DNA of 64,000 bases from Nitrosopumilus sp. (lineage in GTDB: Archaea > Thermoproteota > Nitrososphaeria > Nitrososphaerales > Nitrosopumilaceae). Shown here piece by piece: positions 10,309 to 20,980 of the stretch. The notes under the pieces were generated by a model. That model was given only the letters and a program-made list of their open reading frames with translations. It did not search any database and was not told the origin of the DNA. Position 1 is the stretch's first letter, and every line of letters begins with the position of its first letter. Location: contig CBDBGZ010000009.1 of NCBI GenBank assembly GCA_965205425.1, positions 512,001-576,000 on the forward strand. The letters run 5' to 3'. Position numbers and translations under genes: made by a program.

Positions 10309-10492
10309 GATCAGTATCTCCTTTGAGAACATACATAAAAAATCCTAATATCAAGTTAAGTATTACTTAATTTTAGGGATTAAAAAATATAATGAAACAT
10401 AGTAATGATAAGGTGAAAAATAGGAAAAACCAAATTTGTCAAAAATTAGAATTAAGAGGAAGGTTTTTAGTTATTTTTGAAAATATATTTTC

Positions 10493-11071
10493 ATGAATAC
10501 TAAAATTGCAATTCCAATAGTTCTGGGTGTAATTGTAGTAATAATTGGAATATTTGTAATAACTAATCAAGAATCAGAAATTATGGAAGTTGAAGATGAT
10601 GCAGTAAATCAAGAATTACAACCAACAGAAGAATTTCCTCCAGAGATTCAAGAAAAAATAGATGAAATTGTTAAAGTAAATTTAGAAAATGAATATTCAC
10701 CCAAGGATAGAGAATGGATAACATCAGGACCATTTCAAATTGATCGAAGTGAATATATTTTAGGAGAGAAAATTTTTCTCAGAATTGGGGGATTAGCACC
10801 TGATGAAAAAGGTCAAGCTGCATTTCTAAGACCATTAAACAGTACGCATTATACTGTGTATATTGCAATTCCGTTTGATGGTTCAGGTAAAACAGCATTC
10901 AATTACTATTTAGAACCTGATCTTTTAGAATCAAAAGGAATTTGTTCAGTTGATGATTTGGTTGGAGATTGGAGAGTGGTATTTAGAGGAACAGAATATC
11001 CTAATTTAGGATTTAAAATTACCGAAGATATTCTTCCAGGGGATGAAGAAGACTATGAGCCAGTTTGTTAA
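10493..11071 (+). CDS. Hypothetical N-terminally anchored exported protein
   Basis: 192-aa ORF with an N-terminal TM helix and an acidic soluble domain. Confidence 0.7.
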   Translation: MNTKIAIPIVLGVIVVIIGIFVITNQESEIMEVEDDAVNQELQPTEEFPPEIQEKIDEIVKVNLENEYSPKDREWITSGPFQIDRSEYILGEKIFLRIGGLAPDEKGQAAFLRPLNSTHYTVYIAIPFDGSGKTAFNYYLEPDLLESKGICSVDDLVGDWRVVFRGTEYPNLGFKITEDILPGDEEDYEPVC

Positions 11072-11075
11072 TTTG

Positions 11076-11402
11076 TTATTTTAAAACATTATGAAAACAA
11101 ACTGATTTTCCTAAATGACAAGCAGGTCCAGAAGGTTCAACCAAGTAAATGATTGCATCAAAATCACAATCAACTAAAATTTCTTTAATTTTTTGTGTGT
11201 TTCCTGATTCTTCTCCTTTCATCCAAAGTTTATTTCTTGAACGACTCCAGAACCAAGATTTTCCAGTTTTTCTAGCAAGTTCTAATGATTCTTTATTTGT
11301 ATAAGCTAAAGTCAAAACATCTTTTGTATTTGCATCTTGAACTATTACAGGCACAAGACCTCCGCTTTTCTCAAAATCTATTTCATCAATAGTTTTTTCC
11401 AT
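11076..11402 (-). CDS. hisI: Phosphoribosyl-AMP cyclohydrolase
   Basis: WSRSRNKLWMKGEESGN, DCDxD, GPACHxGxxVCF motifs. Confidence 0.95.
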   Translation of the reverse strand: MEKTIDEIDFEKSGGLVPVIVQDANTKDVLTLAYTNKESLELARKTGKSWFWSRSRNKLWMKGEESGNTQKIKEILVDCDFDAIIYLVEPSGPACHLGKSVCFHNVLK

Positions 11403-11425
11403 AAATGGAATTAGTAAAATAGCTA

Positions 11426-12229
11426 TTATAATCTTACATGAATTTCATTGTTTTTCAAATGTAATTTGACACCATTTACTCCATGGGTTTCGTAGTGAAA
11501 AATTGAAGCTGCAAGTGCGGCATCTACATTTGATTTCTTGAAAATTTCAATCATATCATCAGGTTTTCCACAACCTCCTGAAGCAATAACAGGAATAGAG
11601 ACAGATTCAACAACTTTGGAAGTTAACAAAATATCATATCCATCTTTTGTCCCATCTTTATCAATACTTGTAAGCAGAATTTCACCAGCTCCTAACTTTT
11701 CAGCATTTTTAACCCATTCAATTACATCAATACCAGTTCCTTCTTTTCCACCATAAATGAAAACTTCAAACCAAAATTGTTTGTCATTTTCAGTGAAGAG
11801 ATTTTTTGTATCATCAATGTTAAAATTTCTTTTAGCATCAACAGCTACTACAACACATTGACGACCAAATATCTCCATTAGATCTGTAATAACTTTAGGA
11901 TTTTTTATAGCACCTGTGTTAATACCAACCTTATCAGCACCATTAAGTAAAATATTTCTAGCATCTTCTAAAGACTTTACTCCACCACCAACAGTAAATG
12001 GAATATCAATTACAGATGCAACTTTTCTAACAAGTTCTTTGATTGTTTCTCTTTGTTCATCAGATGCAGTAATATCTAAAAAAACTAGTTCATCTGCACC
12101 TTCATTACTATATCTTTCAGCAAGTTCTACAGGATCACCTGCATCTTTGATGGATTCAAAATTTAGTCCTTTAACTACTCTACCATTTTTTACATCTAGG
12201 CAAGGAATAATTCTTTTAGTTAATGTCAT
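11426..12229 (-). CDS. hisF: Imidazole glycerol phosphate synthase, cyclase subunit
   Basis: KRIIPCLDV, GADELVFLDITAS, LTSIDKDGTKDGYD motifs. Confidence 0.97.
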   Translation of the reverse strand: MTLTKRIIPCLDVKNGRVVKGLNFESIKDAGDPVELAERYSNEGADELVFLDITASDEQRETIKELVRKVASVIDIPFTVGGGVKSLEDARNILLNGADKVGINTGAIKNPKVITDLMEIFGRQCVVVAVDAKRNFNIDDTKNLFTENDKQFWFEVFIYGGKEGTGIDVIEWVKNAEKLGAGEILLTSIDKDGTKDGYDILLTSKVVESVSIPVIASGGCGKPDDMIEIFKKSNVDAALAASIFHYETHGVNGVKLHLKNNEIHVRL

Positions 12230-12933
12230 GATAGTTTTTTTGCCTCTTCAATTGTTATTTTTTTCTCATATAGTGCCTTACCAAGAATCACACCAAATAC
12301 TTTCCTTTCTTTAACATCTTTTACATCATTAATGTTTGAGATTCCTCCACTAGCTATAACATTGACATTTGTTAAACTACATGCCTGTTCTAAAAATTCC
12401 AAATCAGGACCTTCAAGAGTTCCATCACGACTAACATTTGTTAGTAAAAATTCTGTAAAACCCATTTCAATAAATTCATTAATTGCAGGAATTAATTTAA
12501 TTCCAGTTCCTTTTTGCCAACCATGAATTACAATTTCTCCATCTTTATGATCTACAGAAATTACAATTTTTTCTGATCCCAGTTCCGATAGTAATAATTT
12601 CAAAAGAGGTTTATCTTTGAAAGCTAGAGTACCCAATACAATTCGTTCCGATAATTTTGCTATTTCTAAAACTAATGATTTGTCTCTTAAACCTCCAGCA
12701 ACTTCCACAGGAATTGATACTGTATCAAGAATTTTTTTAATAATTTCTACATTTGATCCAATTCCAAGTGTTGCATCCAAGTCAACTAAGTGAAGGATAT
12801 CAGCTCCTGCAGATTCCCACTGTTTTGCAATATCTACAGGATTGTTACTATACACAGTTTTTTGGTTAGGATCACCCTTGTACAGTCTAACAACTTTGCC
12901 ATCCATTAGATCAATTGCTGGAATTATTTTCAT
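12226..12933 (-). CDS. hisA: ProFAR isomerase
   Basis: MKIIPAIDL..GKVVRL, HLVDLD, DGTLEGPD, ASGG motifs. Confidence 0.96.
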   Translation of the reverse strand: MKIIPAIDLMDGKVVRLYKGDPNQKTVYSNNPVDIAKQWESAGADILHLVDLDATLGIGSNVEIIKKILDTVSIPVEVAGGLRDKSLVLEIAKLSERIVLGTLAFKDKPLLKLLLSELGSEKIVISVDHKDGEIVIHGWQKGTGIKLIPAINEFIEMGFTEFLLTNVSRDGTLEGPDLEFLEQACSLTNVNVIASGGISNINDVKDVKERKVFGVILGKALYEKKITIEEAKKLS

Positions 12934-13535
12934 TTCTTACACTCTTTTAGAAAATTCTCTAACATTATTTTTCCAACAGTGCTGGATTTTTCAGGATGAA
13001 ATTGTGTACCAAAAAAATTATCATATTCAACAACTGCAGGAACTTTGAGTCCATAATCGGATTCAGCAGTAATCACATCATTTGATTCAGGTTTTGCTCT
13101 ATACGAATGAACAAAATAAGCCCAAGAACCATCTTCAACACCCTCAAGAATTATTCCAGGTTTTTTTATTTCAAGATTATTCCAGCCCATATGAGGTACT
13201 TTCATTGAGGGTGGAAGAATAATTACCTCACCATCAATTACATTCAGACCTTTCTCTTTTCCTTCTTCACTTTTTTCAAAAAACATTTCCATTCCAAGAC
13301 AAATACCCAATACTGGCATATTTCCCACATAATCTTTGAATTGAATTTTAGAGAAATCTCTTATGCTATTCATAGCAGGATCAAAATTTCCTACACCAGG
13401 AAGTAAGATCCCAGAATAGATATTTTTATCATCAAAATTAGTAATAATATCAACAGTAGCTCCTACTTTTTCAAGAGAAGTTTTTAGGCTGAAAATATTT
13501 CCAGCGCCATAATCAAAAATTGCAACATTTACCAT
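12930..13535 (-). CDS. hisH: Imidazole glycerol phosphate synthase, glutaminase subunit
   Basis: DYGAGN, LPGVG, GICLGM, PHMGWN, QFHPEKS motifs. Confidence 0.96.
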   Translation of the reverse strand: MVNVAIFDYGAGNIFSLKTSLEKVGATVDIITNFDDKNIYSGILLPGVGNFDPAMNSIRDFSKIQFKDYVGNMPVLGICLGMEMFFEKSEEGKEKGLNVIDGEVIILPPSMKVPHMGWNNLEIKKPGIILEGVEDGSWAYFVHSYRAKPESNDVITAESDYGLKVPAVVEYDNFFGTQFHPEKSSTVGKIMLENFLKECKK

Positions 13536-14131
13536 TACATTGAACCTTTTGTACTTGGAATTCCTTTCTGCTTTTTATCTATTGTAGATGCATTTCTTAA
13601 TGCAACAGCAAGTGATTTTATGGCAGCCTCAACTTTGTGGTGATCATTATCCCCATACTTTACAGTAAGGTGAATACAGCTGTTAAGATTTTGGAGTAAA
13701 GATTGGAAGAAATGTTCTAGATCTTCTTTTGATACATCTTCAATTTTACTCCGTTTGATAGATAATGTCAATTTCCAATATGGTCGCTTTACTAAATCAA
13801 TTGAAGCTTCAGCTAATGATTCATCCATGGGTACTGAAGCATAGCTAAATCGCGTAATTCCTTTTCTTGAGCTTAGTGCCTTGTCAATTGTTTGTCCTAT
13901 GGTAATCGCTGAATCTTCAATCAAGTGGTGTTCAATTCCGTCATTAGATTTTGCGACAACGTTAAGATCCATCATGCTGTGTTTACCAAAAGATATTATC
14001 AAGTGATCAAGGAAATTTATTCCAGTTTTGATAGAGGTTTTTCCAGATCCATCTAAATTTACAGAGACAGAAACACTGGTTTCCTTTGTATTTCGTTTAA
14101 TTGATGCTTTTCTAGGTGCCATATTTCTCAC
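13535..14131 (-). CDS. hisB: Imidazoleglycerol-phosphate dehydratase
   Basis: [33 protein letters not shown] motifs. Monofunctional: no phosphatase domain. Confidence 0.95.
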   Translation of the reverse strand: MRNMAPRKASIKRNTKETSVSVSVNLDGSGKTSIKTGINFLDHLIISFGKHSMMDLNVVAKSNDGIEHHLIEDSAITIGQTIDKALSSRKGITRFSYASVPMDESLAEASIDLVKRPYWKLTLSIKRSKIEDVSKEDLEHFFQSLLQNLNSCIHLTVKYGDNDHHKVEAAIKSLAVALRNASTIDKKQKGIPSTKGSM

Positions 14132-14148
14132 AGATTATGTAATGTGCA

Positions 14149-15123
14149 TCATTCTAAATTTAATACCTTTGGTAGTAGATTGATTGAATCTATTACCAAA
14201 ACAGCATCATTTTGTTCAAATAGTTTTAATTTTTCTTGAGGGTTTTTGCTAGTCCCCATAATGCCACAAAATATCGTTTTATGTCCTAGTTCAGATGCCT
14301 TTTTTGCCATTATCAAATCCTCCATAGAATCGCCAACATACAGAGTGGATATTGCTTTTAATCCTTGAATGGAATTTAAAAGAGATTGAGGATTAGGTTT
14401 TGCAAGTTCACGAGGTTCATCTTCAAGAAACATGGAACAATTTAAATCAAATTTATTCAATAGTGATTTTAAAGAATAACTTACTGATTCTTTTCCTCTA
14501 CCAGTAACCATAGAGATTTTTGAATCAAACTTTTTGATTAGTTTTTCAAGTAATGACTCACTTAGAATTACATCATCTTGTTCAATTAAACCAGGAGTAG
14601 AAAAACTAGAAATGTTGTTAAATAATTTTTTGTATAATTCAGGTCCATAAAAAAGTTGATCAAATATTTGATACAATGGATTTTCATGATGAGTTCCAGG
14701 ATAAGATAATTGTTTTTTAATATCTGAAATATCAACCATAGTTTCAAGATATTTTTCTACAGATGTAATACCACTTGAATCAGAGTTTTTTATTACGTCA
14801 AAAATGAAACTATTTTGATCTTTTTTCAATAAATTGGCAGCTACTAGTGAAAGTATTGCAGCATATGTTAAATCAACTTCATCGTTAAATCCCCCAGTAG
14901 ATTTGAATCCATCAATAATTTTAAAATCAACATCAATTGCATTATCTATTTTTGCAAAATTCTTTAAAACATACTGAGTTGTTTTTATTATTGCAAGATC
15001 ATATGATTTTGTAATATCAATTAATACTCCATCACAATCAAAAATTATTGCATTTACTTCATCCAAAATTTTTATTTTAGAATCATCTATGTAGATTCCG
15101 TCAGATATTTCTGTTAGAGTCAT
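14149..15123 (-). CDS. HAD-superfamily hydrolase, probable histidinol-phosphate phosphatase
   Basis: FDCDGVL (motif I), VTGR, KPNP, YVGDSMED; located between hisC and hisB. Confidence 0.7.
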   Translation of the reverse strand: MTLTEISDGIYIDDSKIKILDEVNAIIFDCDGVLIDITKSYDLAIIKTTQYVLKNFAKIDNAIDVDFKIIDGFKSTGGFNDEVDLTYAAILSLVAANLLKKDQNSFIFDVIKNSDSSGITSVEKYLETMVDISDIKKQLSYPGTHHENPLYQIFDQLFYGPELYKKLFNNISSFSTPGLIEQDDVILSESLLEKLIKKFDSKISMVTGRGKESVSYSLKSLLNKFDLNCSMFLEDEPRELAKPNPQSLLNSIQGLKAISTLYVGDSMEDLIMAKKASELGHKTIFCGIMGTSKNPQEKLKLFEQNDAVLVIDSINLLPKVLNLE

Positions 15124-16190
15124 CCCAATAAATCACGAATAGCCAGTAAAAACTTTGAATTCATTTCTTTTGTACCAATGGTAACTCTAAGACATCCATT
15201 ATGGTTTCCAATTTTTCCTAGTTTACGAATTGAAATTCCTTGTTCAGCAAGAGCAGAATAGACACGTTTGTAGGCTCCATGAGCATCAAAAAGTACAAAA
15301 TTAGCCTTAGAATCAAACACTTCAAAGGCATCATATTTTCTTAATGTTTCAATAATTCGTTTTCTTTCAATTTTGATGGTATCAATGGTATCTTTCATTA
15401 CATTTGATTTTCCCAAAGCTTGAATTCCAGATTCAATAGTGATTGTACTAATTGGATATGGGTATTGTAAGATGGTCATAAAAGCCTCAGTGAATTTTTT
15501 ACTTGCAATAAAATAACCAAGTCTAAGACCTGCCAAACCAAATGATTTTGAGAGAGTTTGAACTATAATTAAATTATTTTGGGATTTAACCATACTAGAA
15601 AGAGAGTATTCACCAAATTCTCCATATGCTTCATCAATAATCACAAGGCCGTTAAAAGATCTGATCAGTTTTTGGAGATCACTTTTTTTAAATTGGAATC
15701 CTGTAGGATTATTTGGAGAATCAAGATAAAGAATGTCTGCATTTTTAGATTGTTTTATGAAATCTTTAATGTTTAATTTCATATCATTTGAAAATGGTAT
15801 TGCAATGAGTGGTATGTCATACAGTTTACAACGTTCTTCAAAAAATCCGAAGGTAGGATTTGAAGTCAAAATTTTGGTTTGTTTTGATGCAAAATTTGAG
15901 AGAATCAAATCTAAAATTTGATCTGAACCATTACCTACACCTATCATCGAAGAGGGTATTTTGATAAATTTTGAAATTGTGTTAATTAGTTTCTCAACTC
16001 CACCAAGTGGATATTCTCTAACGTCAGAATTTTTTCTTGCAAAAGAAATTATATCATTTTGGAATTGTTTTGGGATTACATAATTTTCATTTGAATCAAG
16101 TTTCACTGCATCTTGAATGAATTCTGGTTTTTGATAACCTCCAATCAAAGTAAATTTATCAATTTTTTCTTCAAGCCAATTTTTTTTCAA
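15120..16190 (-). CDS. hisC: Histidinol-phosphate aminotransferase
   Basis: GNGSDQ, SPNNPTG, IDEAY, TLSKSFGLAGLRLGY motifs. Confidence 0.95.
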   Translation of the reverse strand: MKKNWLEEKIDKFTLIGGYQKPEFIQDAVKLDSNENYVIPKQFQNDIISFARKNSDVREYPLGGVEKLINTISKFIKIPSSMIGVGNGSDQILDLILSNFASKQTKILTSNPTFGFFEERCKLYDIPLIAIPFSNDMKLNIKDFIKQSKNADILYLDSPNNPTGFQFKKSDLQKLIRSFNGLVIIDEAYGEFGEYSLSSMVKSQNNLIIVQTLSKSFGLAGLRLGYFIASKKFTEAFMTILQYPYPISTITIESGIQALGKSNVMKDTIDTIKIERKRIIETLRKYDAFEVFDSKANFVLFDAHGAYKRVYSALAEQGISIRKLGKIGNHNGCLRVTIGTKEMNSKFLLAIRDLLG

Positions 16191-17461
16191 TTTAATCTAC
16201 CTCGTACTGCTTCATAATGATTAGAAAGTCCTTCAGCATTTGTTAAAGCTTCAAGATGTTTTGAAATTTTTGACAAGGATTTTTTGGATGACCTAATCTG
16301 AGTATTTACCTTGATGAAATCTAAAACAGATAATGATCCTCTAATTTTTCCAAATCCATTGGTAGGAAGAATGTGATTTGAGCCTAAAACATAGTCACTT
16401 GCAGATGAAGGAGTGTCATTTCCAACTAAAACTAGGCCTGAAGAAGTTATTTTTGAAGACATTGATTCAGAATTTTTAGTCATTATTTGCAAGTGTTCAG
16501 GAGCTAAGATATTTGCAAGTTTTATCATGTCAGAATTTGTTTTGCATATCCCAATAAATCCATTATTTCTTAGACTGAATTTAACAATTTTTCCTCTTTG
16601 TATTTTAGAAAGTGATTCAAAAATAATTTTGTTAACTGATTTTGCAAGCTTTTCAGATGTAGTTATCAAGTAACAAAAAGTATCATTACTGTGTTCTGCT
16701 TGAGAAATTAAATCCAATGCAACATATCTTGGATTGGTTGAATTATCTGCAATAATGCCTAATTCAGTAGGACCTGCAAGCATATCAATTCCAGTTTGAT
16801 TACTAATAAGGGATTTTGCAGAGGTTACAAATGCTCCACCAGGACCTACAATTTTATCTACCTTAGAAATTGATTTTGTACCATAAGATAATGCTGCAAT
16901 AGATTGTATACCTCCCGTTTTGTAAATTTCATTTGCACCACATACATCAGCAGCTACAATCGTTAATGGATCTATTTTACCATTAGAATTTGGCGGAGAT
17001 ACAACTACAATTCTTTTAACTCCAGCAATTTTAGCCGGAACTACAGACATAATTACAGAGCTTGGATATCTTGCCAGGCCACCAGGAATATAACAGCCTA
17101 CACTTTGAATTGGAATAAATTTTTTTGATATTTTTATTCCATCATTATTGATTGTTTTATTTTTTAATAAAGATCTAACAGAAGATTCTGTTTTGATGAG
17201 TCTAGCTTTCGCTAATCGTAATGCATCAAGTTCAGTTTTTGTAATCTCAGAATATGCCTTTTTAATTTCACTTTGAGATACTTTTAATGTGGAAATGTTT
17301 GCTTTGCTAAATTTTTTTTCATATTTTCTGACTGCATCATCGCCATTCTTTTTGACATTTTTTAGTATAGATTCAACGATATCTTTGTTGTTTTGAGGCT
17401 GTTTTGGAACGGTTTTGGCTGCAAACTTTTCAACATTAGTTACTTTGATTATTTTCATCAA
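16187..17461 (-). CDS. hisD: Histidinol dehydrogenase
   Basis: GCYIPGG, KIVGPG, IDMLAGPTE, SQAEH, APEHL, GSNHILPT motifs. Confidence 0.96.
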   Translation of the reverse strand: MMKIIKVTNVEKFAAKTVPKQPQNNKDIVESILKNVKKNGDDAVRKYEKKFSKANISTLKVSQSEIKKAYSEITKTELDALRLAKARLIKTESSVRSLLKNKTINNDGIKISKKFIPIQSVGCYIPGGLARYPSSVIMSVVPAKIAGVKRIVVVSPPNSNGKIDPLTIVAADVCGANEIYKTGGIQSIAALSYGTKSISKVDKIVGPGGAFVTSAKSLISNQTGIDMLAGPTELGIIADNSTNPRYVALDLISQAEHSNDTFCYLITTSEKLAKSVNKIIFESLSKIQRGKIVKFSLRNNGFIGICKTNSDMIKLANILAPEHLQIMTKNSESMSSKITSSGLVLVGNDTPSSASDYVLGSNHILPTNGFGKIRGSLSVLDFIKVNTQIRSSKKSLSKISKHLEALTNAEGLSNHYEAVRGRLN

Positions 17462-18450
17462 TTTTCTTCGTCACGCTTTATCTCCTCAAGTTCAAGTATT
17501 TGTCGCGGTTCGTGAACTACAAGACCTTGAGCAATCTTCCTTAATTTAGGAATGAGTTTGTGAAATTCTTCTTTTTTAATGACTGTATTTACACCAAACC
17601 ATCCTTGTTCACTTAGTGGACTAATTGTAGGTTTTTTGAGGGATGGCATCTGTGTCAAAAGTTTCTTAAGATTTTTTTCTTCAACATTTAGATAAATGTG
17701 TAAGAACTTTCTACCATTAACTGCACCTCTCATTAAAGTTACAATATCAAAGATTTTTTCACGTTTCTTAGGATCTTTCAATGATTTTTTATTAACAATC
17801 AAATGTGCTGTTGATGTAAGAACTTCATCAACAATTTTTAATTTATTTTGTTTTAGTGTAGTTCCTGTTTCTGTAACATCCATAATTGCATCTACGTCCT
17901 CTGGAGGCTTTGCTTCAGTTGCACCAAATGATAAATGAATTTGAACATTTTTGTTAGTTCCTAATCTAACCCAAGGAGTAACAATTAGAGGATCTTTAGA
18001 ACCATAATATTTTTTGTATGATTTGCATTGTTTTAGAAATTTTGAAGCAGTCGTTAGATATTCAGAAGAAATTCTGAGTGTTTTTTTCTTTTTGCCATAA
18101 TCTGCAATCATTTCATCAAGATTTTTGTATCTGTATTTATCAGGAAAAGCAATTACTAATCTAATTTTTCCATATTCTAAATCTAAAATAGGTTCAACAT
18201 CAGAATTTGTTTCTCCAACCCAGTCTTTGCCAGTAATTCCTACATCATACAATCCTTCTGCAACTAATGTTGGAATTTCTTGTGGGCGAAGCATTTTGAC
18301 AATAATACTAGGATCATCTAAATACACTCGATAAGTTCTGCTTTTTCGATTAACTTTAGTCCATGATTTCTCTAATAGTTTGAATGTGGCATCTTCTAAA
18401 CTTCCTTTAGGGATAGCAAATTTTACTTCAGACATTTTCAATTTTTTCAC
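17458..18450 (-). CDS. hisG: ATP phosphoribosyltransferase (long form)
   Basis: AIPKGSL, GITGKDW, SFGATE, DVTETGTTLKQN, and a C-terminal regulatory domain (PTISPL). Confidence 0.95.
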   Translation of the reverse strand: MKKLKMSEVKFAIPKGSLEDATFKLLEKSWTKVNRKSRTYRVYLDDPSIIVKMLRPQEIPTLVAEGLYDVGITGKDWVGETNSDVEPILDLEYGKIRLVIAFPDKYRYKNLDEMIADYGKKKKTLRISSEYLTTASKFLKQCKSYKKYYGSKDPLIVTPWVRLGTNKNVQIHLSFGATEAKPPEDVDAIMDVTETGTTLKQNKLKIVDEVLTSTAHLIVNKKSLKDPKKREKIFDIVTLMRGAVNGRKFLHIYLNVEEKNLKKLLTQMPSLKKPTISPLSEQGWFGVNTVIKKEEFHKLIPKLRKIAQGLVVHEPRQILELEEIKRDEEN

Positions 18451-18473
18451 TTTTTAGGTATATAATCGCATGT

Positions 18474-19730
18474 TTAAATTTGCTCAAGTAATTCTTTAGC
18501 TCTATCAAGTGAAATTTTCTTTTCTTCAATCATTTTTTGAACAATTTGATCAATTTGATCAGGTGTAGCGCCGGCTGCAGCTGCTAAATTTCTAGCATGA
18601 AGATGCATGTGTCCTTTTTGAATTCCCTCAGTGGCAAGAGCCCAAATTGCACTATAATTTTGAGCCAATCCTGTTGCAGTCATCACGCATGCTAATTCTT
18701 GAGCAGATGAGGCTCCAAGGAGCTTTGTACAAACTTTGGCCACAGGATGAACATTTGCAATTCCACCAACAATACCCACAGATAACGGAATTTCTAAAGT
18801 TCCAACTAAATTTCCATCACTATCCTTACTCCATTTACTTAGAGAGCGATATTTTCCAGATTGCGCAGCATATGCATTTGCTGCAGCTTCAATTGCTCTA
18901 CTATCTTGACCCACAGCATTTGCAACAGCTATAGTTCCATTCATTATGCCTTTGTTATGAGTTACAGCTCTATACACATCATTATCGGCAAATTCAAATG
19001 CAGAAATAATATTATCAACAACTTTTTCGCCACCTACTGCTTCTTTTTCAAATACTGCTTTTGCTTTTACCATTCGTCTAATAGAATAATTAGATAGTAT
19101 TCTTAATAATGCTCTTCCGCCAGTAATTTTTTCAATTAAAGGAGAAATAGCTTCGCACATAGTATTAGTAACATTAGCACCCATTGCATCACCCACGTCA
19201 ATAAGTAATTCAACAATTAGCATTTTTCCTGAAGGTGTATTGATTTCTTTACATGAAATTTCTTTTGCACCTTTACCCATTTTAGACAAAGTATTACTTT
19301 TTGAATTTGCCAATTGAATAATTTCATTTGTAGAATTTTTTATTTCAGATATAGCTAATGGAATATCAACATCCAACATTTGAATTTGACCAATGCTAAA
19401 AGATTCATCAGCAAACACTTCAAATCCACCTTTAATCCGTGCTATTTTAGCTCCCTTTGATGCAGCAGCTATTACTGAAGGTTCTTCAATCACCATTGGA
19501 ACTACGTAATCCTTACCATTAATCTTAAAATTTGTGGCAACTCCCAATGGAAGTGAAAATGTTCCAATTGCATTTTCAACCATTTTATCTGCTTTTTCAA
19601 AAGAAATTCCTCCATTATCATTTTGTAAAATTTCCAACTCTTCAGTTGAAAGATTTGCAAAGTTTCCAACAATATCTAATCTTTCTTTTCTAGATTTTTC
19701 AAAAAATTTTGAAATGGATGAATCTGGCAT
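18474..19730 (-). CDS. hmgA: HMG-CoA reductase (class II type)
   Basis: ENAIGT, EEPSVIAA, DAMGAN, RILSN, HNKGIMNG, EGIQKGHM motifs. Confidence 0.93.
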   Translation of the reverse strand: MPDSSISKFFEKSRKERLDIVGNFANLSTEELEILQNDNGGISFEKADKMVENAIGTFSLPLGVATNFKINGKDYVVPMVIEEPSVIAAASKGAKIARIKGGFEVFADESFSIGQIQMLDVDIPLAISEIKNSTNEIIQLANSKSNTLSKMGKGAKEISCKEINTPSGKMLIVELLIDVGDAMGANVTNTMCEAISPLIEKITGGRALLRILSNYSIRRMVKAKAVFEKEAVGGEKVVDNIISAFEFADNDVYRAVTHNKGIMNGTIAVANAVGQDSRAIEAAANAYAAQSGKYRSLSKWSKDSDGNLVGTLEIPLSVGIVGGIANVHPVAKVCTKLLGASSAQELACVMTATGLAQNYSAIWALATEGIQKGHMHLHARNLAAAAGATPDQIDQIVQKMIEEKKISLDRAKELLEQI

Positions 19731-19731
19731 T

Positions 19732-20823
19732 TTATTTCAATATCCTCAATAGTTTATCATCCATACTATCTGGAAAACCTTTTCTATCAGTATTTGAAGT
19801 AATTACATACAGACTACCATCTGGACTTTCTACCACGTCTCTAACACGTCCTATACCACTTAGTATTGATTTTTGAGAACTAAGTCCTTCATCAAAATCT
19901 AGTTGATAGAGATTTGCAGATCTCATAGAAGCCATAATAAATGAAGATTCAAAATCCAAGGTCTCCCCAGAATAATACAATATGCCTCCAGGTTCTATAC
20001 TTGGATCATAGCAAAGAATTGCATCTACAAATTTTTCATTTCCAGAACATTGTTGCTCAGGCCATCCATAGTTTTTGCCTGCTTGAATCAGATTAATTTC
20101 ATCATTTTTTTCAGGTCCAAATTCTGCTACAAACAAATTTCCACTATCATCCCAAGTCATTCCTTGAGGATTTCGGTGTCCCAATGAATAAACAGGTGAA
20201 TCAGAAAATGGATTATCATTTGGAATTGTACCATCATCATTAATTCTTAAAATTTTACCAGACAAAGAATTAAGATCTTGTGGAAGATGTGAAGCATCAG
20301 AAACTGTACCTGTTCCTACATACAATTTGTTATCTGGTCCAAATTTAATAAAACCTCCATTTGTAAATGAAGACCCAGGGATTTTATCTAATATGGTTTC
20401 AGCACTAACAAGTTTATTTTCGGATTCAGTAATTTGTAAAATCTTATTCCACAAAATATCATTTTCTTCATAAGTCATGAAAACATACATGAAATGATTT
20501 GTAGAAAAATTTGGATGTAATGCAATTCCTAACAATCCACCATCAAATACATCTGCAGTACGTAAAGTAGCTAATGGGAATTCTAACAATGTGTTATTTT
20601 GAATTACTCTAATCAATCCATCTTTTTCAGTAACAAAAATTCTATCATCAGAAATTGCGATAGCTCGAGGTTTAACGAGATTTTCAGCTATTACAGTTAC
20701 AAAATCACTATCAGAATTTGAATTTGGTTCTGGTAAAGGTATAGGATCATTTGGAGATGTTAAAACTAATACAGAAAACACTATAGCAACAACAATTACA
20801 GCGATTTGTATTTTTTTATCCAT
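19732..20823 (-). CDS. PQQ-dependent glucose/sorbosone dehydrogenase family protein, N-terminally anchored
   Basis: GGLLGIALHPNF, FGPDNKLYVGTG, GKILRI, GHRNPQG, NYGWP, GRVRDV motifs. Confidence 0.88.
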   Translation of the reverse strand: MDKKIQIAVIVVAIVFSVLVLTSPNDPIPLPEPNSNSDSDFVTVIAENLVKPRAIAISDDRIFVTEKDGLIRVIQNNTLLEFPLATLRTADVFDGGLLGIALHPNFSTNHFMYVFMTYEENDILWNKILQITESENKLVSAETILDKIPGSSFTNGGFIKFGPDNKLYVGTGTVSDASHLPQDLNSLSGKILRINDDGTIPNDNPFSDSPVYSLGHRNPQGMTWDDSGNLFVAEFGPEKNDEINLIQAGKNYGWPEQQCSGNEKFVDAILCYDPSIEPGGILYYSGETLDFESSFIMASMRSANLYQLDFDEGLSSQKSILSGIGRVRDVVESPDGSLYVITSNTDRKGFPDSMDDKLLRILK

Positions 20824-20905
20824 GAAAAGACAATCTTTTCAAATCCTATTAATTACTTTCAAGAATTTGATAAAGCGTATATACGGCTCAACTTCATTTA
20901 TGTTC

Positions 20906-20980
20906 AGCGGGGTGGGGAAGCCAGGTCATCCCGGCGGGCTCATAACCCGCAGTTCAGTAGTTCAAATCTACTCCCCGCTA
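20906..20980 (+). tRNA. Initiator tRNA-Met (CAT)
   Basis: Acceptor stem AGCGGGG/CCCCGCT with A1-U72. Anticodon arm GCGGG-CT-CAT-AA-CCCGC with three consecutive G-C pairs. T arm AGTAG-TTCAAAT-CTACT. No intron, CCA not encoded. Confidence 0.93.
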
